A stretch of 64,000 nt of DNA from Trichosphaerium sp. ATCC 40318 (taxonomy: Eukaryota > Protista > Tubulinea), in NCBI GenBank assembly GCA_038496445.1, contig JALMLS010000207.1, forward strand, positions 1-64,000, given 5' to 3'. Below, in pieces: positions 24,906 through 38,643 of this stretch. Position numbers and translations under genes: made by a program. Within the stretch, counting starts at the first letter, position 1. Every line of letters starts with the position of its first letter. The notes under the pieces were generated by a model, which ran no database searches, was not told where the DNA came from, and saw nothing but the letters and a program-made list of their open reading frames with translations.

Positions 24906-26765
24906 TCATTTGAATACTGAGTAACTATCTCCTTTAATGGTGGCGAGTGGTTCACTATGGTTTGTTGCATGTGTTACAACTGCCAGTATAGCTATTTAGC
25001 CTTTATTGGCCGTAAGATACTGATTTTACTTTACCAATTGCAATCTGTCATAACATTTAGCGAATAGCTGCATACATGTTAACATACTTGCTTGCGCATG
25101 TTACACATACTAAATACTCCTAAAGGAGTATTTTCATCTGCTGCGCAACAATACAATGGTTTGAGAGGAATCAGTGTAACCAACGCGGTTTGATCTTGCT
25201 CTAGCTGTTCAAGATTGCTCCCTGTAGATTTCTTCAGTTTACGATCTATTATTGCAATTATTTTATCGACTTGGCATTCCACATGCGCTGCGTGTATTTC
25301 TATAAAGCGGTGAGTTTAAATGCTAAAACAAAATGAATTGTTGTTGAGGAGAAGGTGTGACAAACAAAGAGAAACCAACGTAGTATAGCTCAACATTTTT
25401 ATCCTAACTTGGGTTTATGTACCTACAACTGCGGAAGATCCTACGATTATACTTTGTCCTAGAATTGCTATATGTGCATTAAACTCTGAAATACAGTAAT
25501 TATTTGCTGTTTGTTCGTTGTACGGTAGTAAAACATATCCTCTTTTGATGTCCTTGACTGAATCTACCCCTGTCATAACTAAATCAAAAAAAAATTGATA
25601 TCCGGCAGCGCTAATTTTCTCGACTTTTTTTTGGTCATACTCCAAGCCTGCCACTTCTACTACCTTGCCTGTTGGAGCAATGATCAATTTCTGTCCTAGT
25701 TTGACTGTACCAGCAACAATAGTTCCACATGTAACAATGCCTACATCCTTGATATTGTATGTATCGCGAATTGATATTTTCAATGACTTTTCTAAAGAAG
25801 GTGCAATGACTTGTATATCATATATGGCTTCTAAGAGTGTTTGACCTCTCCACCAAGGCATATTATTAGACTGCTTTATAAGATTATCTCCGTATGATCC
25901 TGTAATCGGTACATATGTCACATTATCCAGGTTGAAATTAAGCCTACTTCGTTTAGGTTCTACATTTACAAACAAAAAAAAGCGATTGAGTTAGAGAGCT
26001 CAGCCGTGGTTTTTAAGTTAAACACGTGCATACCCCTTCAATACAGACGTAATTTTTGATACCGTACTAATAAATATTTCTTCATTATATGGATGAGCAG
26101 ATTCATCCATTTGAGTAACAGCTACGATCACTTTGCTTCTATCTAAGAAACTTGCAATTTTCAGGTTTCCAGTGCAAACCTTGAAATCAAGTGGACCATT
26201 TGGTTTTGCAACAAGAATAACACCATTGGCTTTTTTTAAAGCAGTCATAAAACGGCTTGTAATATAATTAAAAGACGGCATATCCTGAATTGTAACCTAA
26301 AGAAAAAAACATCAAAAAAACTCTGCTTTGGAGTTGCAAACAAAACCAAGACCGAGTTATCACGTGATATTTATAACTTGGAAAACTGGTGTTTTTTACT
26401 TGCACAAGAAGAAGGGTAAAGTAGATAATAGAAGCTCAAAAGCAATAAAAGCATACTTGCTACAATGAAGAACTAAAAAAAAAAAGCCAGTCTCGTACCT
26501 CGTATTTATCAGTTATAAACGTGTGTATGCTACTAGCAGGAAACTTACTGCGTGTAAAGTTTGGTATTAATGCACGTAAAGCAGCGGCATATTCAAAGTG
26601 ATCCTTGTTATGGTGAGTACGCTCTTGTCTTATTTTATCCAATGTTCTTTTGCTTATTGCACCACATTTATGTAATAAATGACCACACATCGTTGATTTA
26701 CCACTGTCGCTCTCTCCTAAAACACATATAGTAATTGCAGGCTTTTGTAAGTTGTTCTCTGCCAT
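24906..26765 (-). CDS. Divergent EF-1alpha/HBS1-like translational GTPase paralogue
   Basis: ICVLGESDSGKSTMCGHLLHKCGAI, PITGSYGDNL..NMPWWRGQTLLEAI, domain II GIVTCGTIVAGTVKLG, and domain III remnants. Confidence 0.85.
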
Positions 26766-27139
26766 TTTGAAGCTTCGCTAGGCGTATAATGTCAATTAAT
26801 CTATGTAATTTGCAATTGCGAGCCAGGAGCGCTATGTACTTGTGGCTAACGCAAGGGAATATCTAAATATAGATTTGAATGTCGTTGACAACATGTTTTT
26901 TGGATATTACACAATTATCTAGCGCTTATTTCATTTTTGCTTCAACGGTAACAGTACAAATGTACTTTTGAATGTCACTTGGAAGATCGATGAGGTTACG
27001 CTTGCAACGCAAAATATCGTATAAAACAGTATCTGTATACGTGTTGTGTTATCGCCAAACGTTTTAGATTGTTCATAGAAGCTTAGCTCGTTTAAGTCGT
27101 TGTTTTTTATTTCAAACATAACACAAACACATCATCAAA

Positions 27140-28263
27140 ATGGAGTCGACAGGTACCGCTCTACCAATAGAACGCATTGCAATCGATTTTCGGTTCTATT
27201 AGCTCTTGTGACCGTTGATAGTTTCTAAAAACGATGTAAAGCGTTGAAACAACAACTTTCATAACTAACATGTATACAGAGCAATTATGGAACAAAACGA
27301 AGCTACCAACAGCAAAACTGCGTTCAAACATTGCTTCGGCGAAACTAAAATCAGAGAAAAGTATTTTTGTTGTTCTCATGCTTAGTGGCTCGTTCAATCC
27401 TGTTCACAAGATGCATATTAAGAGTACGCTTTAGAAATATAACTAGGGATACTAATAATCACGTGGTAAGGCTTTGAATTAGCACGTGATGCTGTTAACT
27501 CACAAAGTGATAAAATAGTTGTTGGTGGTTTTATTGCACCATCTTCTGAAAGTTATGTTAACCGTAAACTTAAAACAGGTATCGTGTGAATCCAATATGC
27601 AGTTTTGTTGTACTGGTATTTATACTAAGCACTCACGTAGAGGCCATGAGTCTTGCAGATCGCGTTAAAATGTGCCAAATAGCAACACAAAGTTCAGGTT
27701 TGTTGGGTTTTTTTTTTGCAACTTTTCTCGTGAACTTACTAACTGTTTTATTATCAGATTGGCTAGATGTTTGTGATTGGGGTATCGCTAATTCTCCAAG
27801 AATTAGGGAATCTATGAACAAATCTTTGAGGTATTAACCGCTGATGGATGATACAAATTAAGCTAAAGCTACTTTATTAGTAAATGTATAACAGATAAGA
27901 AAGTGTTGGTAATGGAAATGTGTGGTGCAGATCACGCAGTCAGAATTTGCTTGTGGACAAGGTGTTTTTCTCCGTGTGTATGTATAGGTAGAGGCGAAGA
28001 TACTCAGATTGTTAAAGAAGGTAGAACACAGCACATGTTGTAGTTACATTGAATAATTTGTTTTTAAAGGTTCAAAGGGAGTTGAACGTGCGAAGAAGAA
28101 CTTAATTATTGTTGATGCTTCTGATGAACCACCTGTCAGCTCTACTGCTGTAAGGAGATTACTTGTTGAATCAAAGTACAACAAATTGAGAGAAACAAAT
28201 TATTTAGATCTTGAGGTTGTTGATTATTTACAACAAACACAACTTATTGCACGAAGTAAATAA
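27140..28263 (+). CDS. NMNAT: Nicotinamide/nicotinate mononucleotide adenylyltransferase-like
   Basis: Spliced LSGSFNPVHKMH, VVGGFIAPSSESYV, RVKMCQIA, SDWLDVCDW, MCGAD, VSSTAVRR and YLDLEVVDYL. Confidence 0.85.
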
Positions 28264-29006
28264 AGTTTCCTTGTTAACTCCAACATATATTGAATAAATT
28301 ATCTAGAGCTATGTGGCCAGTATCGCTTTTGAAGCAGTTTTTCAACACTTGACTGTCGTGATAGATAGAACATTAGGTTTTTAGCATAATGTGTAAAAGA
28401 CCCCTGGTTAGAGCGAAAAGATCCTAGGCTAGAGCCAACATAGTCTTAGCAATAAATCAATCACAACAAATACCTAGTGTTTTATAATAGTGCACACTCA
28501 AGGTAAGATGTATTAACAACTGACGTCTAATTGTGGTCATTTTGATAGTTTTCACACAAGAAAAGGTGAACAAATACTTTTTGTTTGCGACCTCATGTCA
28601 AGGATAAGTAGTACATCACAGTTTCCGCGGATTTAGCCTATTCCTTGACGAAAAGATTGATGCTCTTAATTAAGGTAGTTAAAAGTACTACGTCCTTTGT
28701 TGCTATGATAATTGCGCACAAAGCCGGAGTATATTATTACAGCTAGTGATGTAAGAATAAAACTGATGGTGCAGAGATATCACGTGATTTTTAGTTTTGC
28801 AAGGTTTGAAAGCGTACCTTTGATTGTAATATCTAAGATACCTTCGGAATATAATTTCTACATTTGGTTCAAATGTTGATACTTAAGTGACAGGTAACGG
28901 AAATCTCGCACTTACTAGCACTCAAGTAGTAATAGAAGCAGTTTTTCACTTCTAAAATAACAAATAAAACAAGCAATTGATCTTGTTCTCAATTTACTCT
29001 AAGCCT

Positions 29007-29835
29007 TTATACCTCTACACCTTTACAGAACATACAAGAATCTACTAGTACCCCATTTATGTCCCATTCTTTATATTCTCCTTCTTTGACACCATCCTTC
29101 ATATAACAAACAAGCTGTAATTGACCACTACTAAAAAACTCTTTAACTTGTCCATTTGCTTTACCTTTAATATAATATTCTTCACTCTTTAATACTCCAT
29201 CACTATACCACTCTTTACGCACTCCTTGTCGTTCACCTCTGTCATAGTTTGCAAGAACCTTTAATGTTCCAATATCATGATAAACCTTATACTCTCCATG
29301 ATGAACATCTTTCTCATAGTGACACCTAACATGCATCTTACCATTTCTGTACCATTGTTCATAAACTCCTTCATACAAGTTATCCTTACAGGATCCACTC
29401 AAATGAATCTGACCATTATCATACCAATCATAGTACGGTCCTTCAGCCTTACCATCCTTGTAAAAGTATTTTACCTTCATTTTACCGTTTTTATACCATT
29501 CGATGTTCTCTCCATGTATTATACGATGTTTAAGCCATTTTAGTTGCGAAATCTCGCCTGTGCTGTACCAACAACGCCATTCACCGTGCGGAACTAAGTT
29601 ATCATCAAAGTGAGTGGCTAGTGCTGTACGTTTACAGAGCGTATGCCATATTATAAACGAATCCAAGGTATATCTGCTTAATTCTTTTTGAAGCTCAGAA
29701 GGGAGGTCTAGCCAGCTCCAATTAGAGGCTACAACAATTTTATAAGCGTTTATTCATTTATAGACATTGTGGAGTAACATCCCCACTAGGATTGAATACC
29801 GTACCATTGGTGGCGGGTTTATGGCGTTTCTCCAT
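29007..29835 (-). CDS. F-box-like plus MORN-variant (MORN_2/YwqK-type) repeat protein
   Basis: WLDLPSELQKELSRY..LCKR is followed by ~8 repeats of the pattern HGE..EWY.NG......Y.DG. Confidence 0.8.
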
Positions 29836-30745
29836 GTGGTTAAAAAATAGTTCGCAGAAAAATTCAGAGACACATGTTGACTAAAGTTACACGTGACATT
29901 AAGAATCAGTAGCGGTTCAGACTATGTTGTTGTAGTTGGAGCACCAACGGGGCAACTGTTATTTAGAACTCATTAGCACATGTAAAGTTTGTATGAAAGA
30001 CATTTTGACTATTTCTAATTACGATTCAAAAGTAAGAAATTGTCAAACGATTTAACAGTCAAACTATTTATTAAATACACAGAAAGATTTTTAAACAGCG
30101 TAGGAGCCGAATTAATATTTGGGGTTTTTTGAGCAAAAAATGCGAAGAAACCAATCCGGTTTTTTTCCATATTTTGCTCAAGTCGAAACCGCTTAGTTTA
30201 ACATCTCTAGTTGAACTATTGTGCTTACACAGCAATACCAAAAGCAAGGTTTGATAGTGCGTATAGAGCGCTGCAGTTTCTTGAGGCTGCAAAGTAACGC
30301 TCTTGAGAATAAAAGCGGAATTTTCGACTGGAAATAAATGGATGACATCTTGACTTTTGTTTCTCGTCTACTAGGCAGCTTTATCATCATATGTTAAAAT
30401 ATAGTGTATCGATTGCTACAGGGGCAGCATCGCTTATACAGTTTCAAAAATCGTGATTTTATTTTTACATTTTCGGAATCTTTTACGTGTTTTTATTAAG
30501 AATCATCGTACATTTCAATTGTCACTTTTTCATGTATGTATACTTGTTGGAGTAGCTTCGTTTGTGATGTAGGAAAAGTGACAAAAAGTTCTACCTTTTG
30601 AAGTCGACTTCAAACCGTTTATTTTTTTCAAAAGTCAAGTCGAACCGAGTCGTTAACAGACTACACATTAAGTCAGCCACACCATTGTACAGTCAACCGA
30701 ATTCCTTATTGATCGCCAGCACTACAACGTACAACTTGCTCTGAT

Positions 30746-33700
30746 ATGAACCCACAATTCGCTACGTAAGATTAATGGACAATACCACAATTTACGTTTT
30801 TACGTTTAAAAATAGGGCTCAACAACCAAATTGGCGTCAAGGTGTTACGGCAAACACAAGGCGGGAGCTTGTTCGTCGATTGTATGAATTTAATTTATTT
30901 AGTTGTTAAAACACGCTAATACTTCGTTATAGAATGCAAGTATTATATTCGATACAATCTTATTCGTTTGCAGTGAAAGGAGAGAAAGTAACGCGCGAAG
31001 CCATACTTCCTGGTGTAACAACACTCGCCAAGAAAATAGAAGAGAAAGTACGAGCTAAAACCGAAGCTGTCATTTATTTTGACGTTTGCTTTGTTGAAAT
31101 TCCTTACAGGCCTGGAAAACTGCTCTTTCAAAGCAAGCTTATGGTGCTCAAGTGAATATGAACCTAGAAAATGGCAATAAAAAGTTACAAGCCTTAAAAG
31201 CTGAACTAGCCGCTACACAACAGAAGACAGGTCAGCCATTCATAACAAGCCAAGTTGGCGCTATGCGTGCGCAACAAAACGGTTTAAACAACGCCGCTAG
31301 ACAAACAATGAGTCGCGCACAACAGATTCCAGGCGCGTAGAATACTTACAAGACATATCTAACGTGCCCAGGCACTCAGCGACCTATTAACACTGCACAA
31401 AGGATGACCCAGGCACAGCGTATTGCTTCACAACAGCAATATTCAAGACTACGACAACAGCAACACAATGCAGCACAGGCTCGTGGTGTTCTTCAAGGAG
31501 GAACCCAGCAAGTTATTGGAGTCCCTGGTCAAACCATACACGCGCGTAATACGATCCAAGGGCATGTTAGGCCTGGACAACAGACACTACAAGCGCAAGC
31601 TATTCAGCAAAGACTATCGCAAAGGATGAATACGCAGATTGCCAGTCAGCAAGGTCGTCAAAGGCCTGCGTCTAGTCTTGCAGCTCAACGTAATGCTATG
31701 ATAAAGGCTCAAATGCGCGCTTCTACTGGTGTTGGACAAGTTAATAATGTAGTGGCTCGGAATAACGTACGTGTTTGGTTATTACTCAAAGTGTTTATTG
31801 GAGCTTTTTTTTATTCCAAAAGCGGGCCCAGAATTTTGTGTTTTGCGTTTAGACCTTCTAATCTCAAAATTACGCTCACAGCGAGAAAAATGTAGAGAAC
31901 TGTTTCTCTTGTTTTTTTGTTTTGTATTCGCCGTTAATTTTTTTGTTCAGCTTGCTTCAGCTACTGCTCAGCCGCGTAGTACGCTTAATAACGGTATCAC
32001 AACGTTAGGTGGTGGCTCTGTTGTTTCAAAACCTATTCAGATGCCTACTACTCTTGGTGGCGGTAATGTTAGGACTGCAGCTATTGGTTCTACAGTTGTT
32101 GGCCAGAAGGTAACGAACAATAACAATTTGCTTGTTGCAAGAGCTCAGCATAACAGAAATAACCTTGCTGCTCGTGCCCAAGGGCAAGCTGTTGTTCAAC
32201 CTAATAAAACCGCCTTGGGCTTAGGAGGCGTTGCTGGAAGACCAACGATACCTAATCAGAACCAAACTCAACAACAGCAACAACAGGCTATAAAAAATAG
32301 AATGATTAGAGAAGCAAACTTCAAAAAAACTGTTAAAAAGGTACTTATTGCTTGAAGGTTCTTTTTTTTTTTGCGATGATTATGTGAGCTTACTGGGTTT
32401 TTTAGCATACTGATACACTTGTTACAACAAAGAAAAATCGATCTATGATAAAGGATATACTAGAAACAAGGAAAGCACAAATGAACCCCGAACAGAGGGC
32501 TAGTTATCATAAGATTGAAGTGAAGTTGGATGAGATTTTGGTACCTAGCAAAACACTCTTTCTGTTTATATTCATTTAACTAACTCCTTTTTTATAAAGA
32601 ACTTCTTGGAGAAGAAACCACCTAATCCTGCTGCTATGCCATTAGAACAAAAAGAGTATTACGGGAAACTAGTGCAAGTTGAGAAATTCAATACTGAGCT
32701 TCTTACAAAGTACGACAAAAAAATTTGCTTTTTTTTTTCGATTGATTTTTTTTCTGTCAATCAAGTCCTTTTGACATATGGTTGAAATACTATTAATTTG
32801 AACCAGCGACCTAACTACGTTTGGGGGGTTTTCAACTTCTCTAGAGCTTGCCTAATGATAAGTTGATTTTGTTTTTTTTTTAATTGGATTTTTTGGCTGG
32901 TTCGATAAAAACGCTTTTTTTACAACAACACTTCTACAATGCTTGTTCATTTTATGTAGTGCTACTCGCTCATCTAAAAAAATTAGAATGGGGGTAAGAA
33001 AAAACCCGTACAGAGCTCAGTTTGATAACGAAGTGGAGCATCTTTCTCGATCTAAAAATGGGCATAAAGTCATAATAGAAAATCTTTTAAACATTCTTAA
33101 AACGAGACCAAATCAAATACCACCTCGTGAGAATATGTTATTCAGCAAGCTTCAGATGATGTGTAGGATACATAAAAGAAGTACAACCAGACCAGTAAGC
33201 CCATTAGGACCACGTACGGAAACTTTTTCTTCAATTTTCGAAAAAACAAAAAAAGCATTGTTTTCTCCAAGAACTTTTTGTAGATACCCTCTTTTTACTC
33301 CTTTATTAGGTCCTCGTAATCATCTAAGAAGCCCAAAGCTTCTATGGTGGAGTAATATAAGCAAAGGTGTTACTAAACGTAAACGTCGAACGCCAAAGAT
33401 TATCAAAGCAAAAGCTATGGTTGAGGCTTTTAATGGTATGAAAGAAGAGATACTTATTAAAGTACTTGATGGTATGCGTCAACGTGTTGAGCAGTTCATA
33501 TCTCAAGATCCTTTCTTTAAAATATCTGGTAACAACACCACAACCGATGATAACTCTCACGTGATTATTGTTATGCCTTCAAACCTAGCTTATGATCAAG
33601 ATTCTTCTTTGCGTGTTTCTTTTGATCAACCTTATACTTCTTATGGGTTTAATGAGCCTGGAGAGTCTAATTTACTTAATGTATTACCTCAAATCCTTTG

Positions 33701-34080
33701 TCAGGGTGGTGGTAATCAATTGAGTGAAAACCTGCAAAAATGGGTACGTTAGAAAAGAAAGCTGTTTCGTAAACAAGGAAAATAATTTTTTGGCAACATG
33801 TTTTCTGTGGTTTTCTTTGAAAGAAAACACATGTAATTTATGCATCTTTTGGTTGGTTACATCAGTTCTTTGTTTTTTGTTCTACCTTAAATTTATGTTT
33901 ATTTAGGTACGTGAGGCTGCGATTAATGCTGAAACCAAAATGAAAGAACGCCTTAAAGGAGCCAGTAAAGAAGATCAACAAATTTTTGCAGGATCAGCTA
34001 CTCTTGTTCGTGTTTTGTCTGATTTTAAGCAATATGTCCTTTCTGCAAACAAACCTGATTCAAATATGGGTTCAGTTTGA
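30746..34080 (+). CDS. Med15-like protein: N-terminal KIX domain and Q/N-rich region
   Basis: Spliced NWRQGVTANTRRELVRRL...LAKKIEEKAWKTALSKQAY fits the KIX pattern, followed by a long Q/G/N-rich tract. Exon structure in 32700-33300 is uncertain. Confidence 0.6.
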
Positions 34081-34350
34081 CTCTACCTACACGCAAAGAC
34101 ATACATCCAAACCATTAATTATAGCACACACCGTACCACGGTAATTGTATTCTAGTAAACACTGCAAATAAATAAAAAATATTGAACAAAAACACTGATA
34201 TGCAACAAGAGAAAATTGTTTGGTTGTAAAAACAACCGATGTGACAATGTTGTACTCAATTTGATACAAATCTCAATGAAATTGCAAACATGTTTTCTTT
34301 TTTATTATTTGATATATGGCATTTGTTATCACATTGTTATTTCGTTAAAA

Positions 34351-37300
34351 TTAATCTGAAGATGATCCTGATGAAATATCATCAAAATCAGATGATTCAT
34401 CATAACCAGACTCTATTTCTTGTCCAGATGAACTTGAATAATCACTGCTGTATTCAGAATCTTCTACTGAGCTACTGTCCGTAAATTCATCACTTTCACT
34501 GTCGCCTTCATCACTTTCACTGTCATCTTCATCGCTTTCATCTGAATACTCATCGCTTGAGTATTGTTGACTGTCAACGTCAGATCCAGAGTCTTGTGTT
34601 GAGCCACTCACGTCACCCTCAGCACTAATGTAACTGGATTCACTTTCTTCTGATCCCTCGTCCGATGATGATGAATCTCCTACAGCAACTGTAGCTTGTG
34701 TTGAAGATGCAACACCTCTAGGAGACATTTGTGCTGTATTTTCATATTTTCTCTTTGTACTCATTCCAGGTAGTTTTTCTTGCCAGTATAGTATAGCAAC
34801 TATCAAAAGGACAAGCACGAGGAATGCAATAATGGCTACAAATAAAATTAGTTCAAACTTATCACTAAAAGAGTGGAAAACAATCACGTGGAACATCAAA
34901 CACAAACGTACCACAAATAATTATTAGTCCTAAGATGTTGGTTGATTCTGAAGGTTCTTCAGTTCCAACTGAACCTGAATCAATTGGCGATGCTGTAGGA
35001 GATGAAGTTGGTACATTTAAAACTACAGAACCACAGGAAGTTATAAAAATATCTGGCATTACAGACGATATTTGATTCAGTGTGGATGCAACGCAAAGTG
35101 TAGATTCAATATCTCCAGTGCTTACGGAGGGAGATGATAACACTGCTTGAAAACTTGAATCTACTTGACGCTTGGTAGAAACACGTGTTATTGATTCAAG
35201 TACTAAGTCTGTTGCGGCTTCTAGTGCTGGTTTTAGCTGAGAAAGGGTTTCAGTATCTGTTAGGTTCCCATTACTGTTTAGACCAAGAACGACCTATAAT
35301 TGTAAATAAGGAGCTTAAACAAGGAGCGTACTATTATTGTAGCGTTAGGTTGGGTCGGAGATACAGTTGTTGTACTTGGAGTTAAGGTAGTTGGCAGTGT
35401 TGGAACTGTTGGCGCTTCCGTTGTTGGCATCATTGTGGGTGTCTCAGTTGTCGGAGTCATAGTTGTTGGCACTACTGGTAACGTTGGAGCTTCAGTAGTT
35501 GGTGTCATAGTTGTTGGTGCCAGAGTTATTGGTACTTCAGTTGTTGGTACTGTTGGTTCGGCAGTTGTTGGTGGCTGGGTTGTTGGTAGTGTTGGAGCTT
35601 CAGTTGTTGGTATCATTGGTGCTTCAGTTGTCGGAGGTTGGGTTGTTGGTGGTAGTGTTGTTGGAGGTTCAGTTGTTGGGACTGTTGGCGCTTCAGTTGT
35701 TGGCAGCATTGTTGGAGCCTCGGTTGTTGGAACTGTCGGTGGTTCAGTTGTTGGTACAACTGGAGCCTCAGTTGTTGGTATTGTTGGTGCTTCAGTTGTT
35801 GGAGGCTGGGTTGTTGGTGGTAGTGTCGTTGGAGCTTCGGTTGTTGGAAGATTTGGAGCCTCAGTTGTTGGTATCATTGGTGCTTCAGTCGTTGGAGGCT
35901 GGGTTGTAGGTGATTCGGTTGTTGGAATCATTGGTGGTGGTGTCGTTGGAGCCTCGGTTGTTGGAACTGTCGGTGGTTCTGTTGTTGGTAAAACTGGAGC
36001 CTCAGTTGTTGGAGCTGAAGTAGGTGTCACGGATGTAGGAAGGAGTGAACTAACATTAGCTGGAGGCAAAAAAGCCAACCGCAAAATTGTACAACCTGTG
36101 CCACACATAGTCGTTGCATCTGCAATATAAGCGTACTAAAAGCAGTGTCAACGTCAAGCAAACTGAGAAAAAAAACAATGTTGACTTACCATGATACTGT
36201 TGCTTGTCGTGTCATAAGCGATGACTGGTGTTATAGGATTAGTTATAGTAGCTACTACAAGTGCTGCAGCGTCACTACTGTTTCCATTGAAAGAGTTTAT
36301 AATGATAGCGTCAGAAATCACAGCAAACACTCCTAGGAATGTATCTGGTGTCTGAAGAACAGCTTCAACATCGAATGCGAATGAATCTGATTTAGTTTCA
36401 GCTTGAGCAACCCCTTCATCAACTAGTATTTCTTCTGCAGGTCCAGTGGAGTTTGTAAACTCAAATAGACTGTAATTGACTGTATCTATTGCTGTTATAG
36501 TTCCTCGTCCTAGAGAAGCAACTTTATTACTTGTTGGATGGTAACCAAGTTTAATGTTAAATGAATCAAGGTTTGTTGTTTCAAATAGGTGTTCTGTTTC
36601 TCCCTAAAAAACAGCAACATTAGTACACTTATTTTTTTCTTGTATTATAGCTATTTTCTTTAGCTTTTGCAACATTGTTTAACAATAATATGTGATGTTG
36701 TGTAAGGACTTATCCAAACATAAGGAGTTTGAGTATTTAGGTTTCGTTCAAATCGAATAATCTTGTAAAACAGTTGGCTGCTTTGGCTGCAAAAACAAAA
36801 TAAAGTGTTTCGTACGCTGCTTGTGACAATAAGATATATAGACTGTTCCACTCCGGGGTACATAATAACAAAACAATCACATTGATGTCCTCCATAAGCA
36901 ATATCGTAAGCTCCAGACGTAGCAGTGTAATTGATATCTAAAGAAAGTCAGCAAAATAATAAAAACACATTTTGTAGTTTCAAAGTAGTGACGCCATACT
37001 TATTGCATTTGCGGTACCAACCATCCTACTACTATCTATGGTTACATATTGGTCCTGTTCAGTTTCAGAATTGAATACAACCATAATTTCATCGCTACCT
37101 AACATAATGATTAGCAAGTATTTTTTTTTCATTCGTCAAAGTGAAAATTACCACTATTATATGCTACACGTGGTGCTCTTACAGGATCAACCAGGGAATT
37201 TGAAAAAACTTCTAAAGACAAGCCCAGTTCTAGTCCCTAATGAGAGATAGATTAATATCTAAATTAGGCAATTTCTTGCTAACTTACGCCAGTAGCACTA

Positions 37301-38044
37301 ATTAAAAATTGACATTTAGCACGACGCAAGCCCATAATATCAGGCAGTTTATCATAGTAAGCAACGACAAACTCGTCATTAGTAACAGTGATTGATGGAT
37401 CGATAGCATTAGGAATAAGCCAATGTTGCATTTGTCCGTTAGTGTAGTCTAAATTAGAGCGTAAGCAAAGGTAAACAAAAAAAAGGCTAAAACGTCAAAG
37501 TTGGTCTGCCAACAAAAATGTGATTCTAGTTTGACATCATTGTATGTCGCGACATTTTGAAAGTTTTCTTTTAATGCAAGAGTTTATTGGGAGCTTAGAA
37601 TATCCAAGAGAGAAAGAAAGAGGGTTTATGTTTGTCTTTTTGATACAAATGTATACAAAAATATTTTGGTTTTTTTTTCGTACTCTCTTTTGTGAACGCT
37701 ACTACAAGTACATCGCCAAGATCACTTATTTCAATATCAGGCGTTATGCTCATAGCAAGTACAAAATAAGTCTATTGAAAAGTAAGTGTAAGTACTTCAA
37801 AACAGCGATTATACGCGTGGAAACACAGTTTCTACATGGTAGCGTATTTCTAACAAAAACGTACTTCTCCATCGATTGTGCCAGCTGTTAAAGCGGGGTG
37901 ATCCATGCTATAGGTTGAATTTATAGGTAGCTGTGTGAATGCGGTAATATCAAGCTCAAAGAAAGGGTCTGGGGGTGCTGTTTGTGAAAACACTGTGTAT
38001 GCAAGCGCACACAGTATTATAAATACACTGTGTCTAATGTGCAT
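34351..38044 (-). CDS. Type I membrane mucin-like surface glycoprotein
   Basis: Signal peptide MHIRHSVFIILCALAYTVFS, a PTTEAP-rich stalk, a TM segment (AIIAFLVLVLLIVAILYW), and a Ser/Asp/Glu-rich tail. Confidence 0.8.
35380..36020 (-). repeat. Coding Pro/Thr repeat (PTTEAPT / PTTQPPTT)
   Basis: Visible in ORF 35278-36108. Confidence 0.93.
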
Positions 38045-38643
38045 TGTTTTGTATAGAGAAACAACTGTTTCTATGTGCTGGGCCGTACTTTATGCCTTTT
38101 TAGGAAATAGGAAACTTGGTCCTTTTATGGTTCGAAGTCAATGCAACCATTGTTACGTGGCAGTATCTGTTTGAGCTCATGTATTATGGGTCTCGTTAGT
38201 ACAACATTTCTTGAATGACGTAAGCGGATCGGAGTACAAAAAACTCTAAATGTGTTCATACGCACTAAACTAACGCTCAACGCGACTAGAAGAACACCAG
38301 AAAACCGTAAAAAGAGCATTTCGTAATGAGATTCGCAAAAGAGCCTGAACATGGCCATTCTTTAAGCTTTTGTTGGTACAATAGCGTTTGGGAATCACTT
38401 GGCTGTATTGAGAACATTTTTCTTCACCAAAAAAGGCTTCAATTTCTGATAAGTTGAACCAACGATTAATTGGCTATCACATGCTCCATACTCAATATCA
38501 ATTATAACAGTATTCATCCAGCCGCTAAAACTATGTTATAATCCACATACTAGTGCGTACTCATCAAAACTTTCAGTTAATGTTATTTCTTTTTTTTGAA
38601 TTTTTGAATACAATTATTTCGAGTTAGTTTATAGCTTGATGTG

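Noticed and set aside
35435-36130. Val/Gly-rich ORFs on the + strand
   Set aside because: Antisense shadows of the Pro/Thr mucin repeat.
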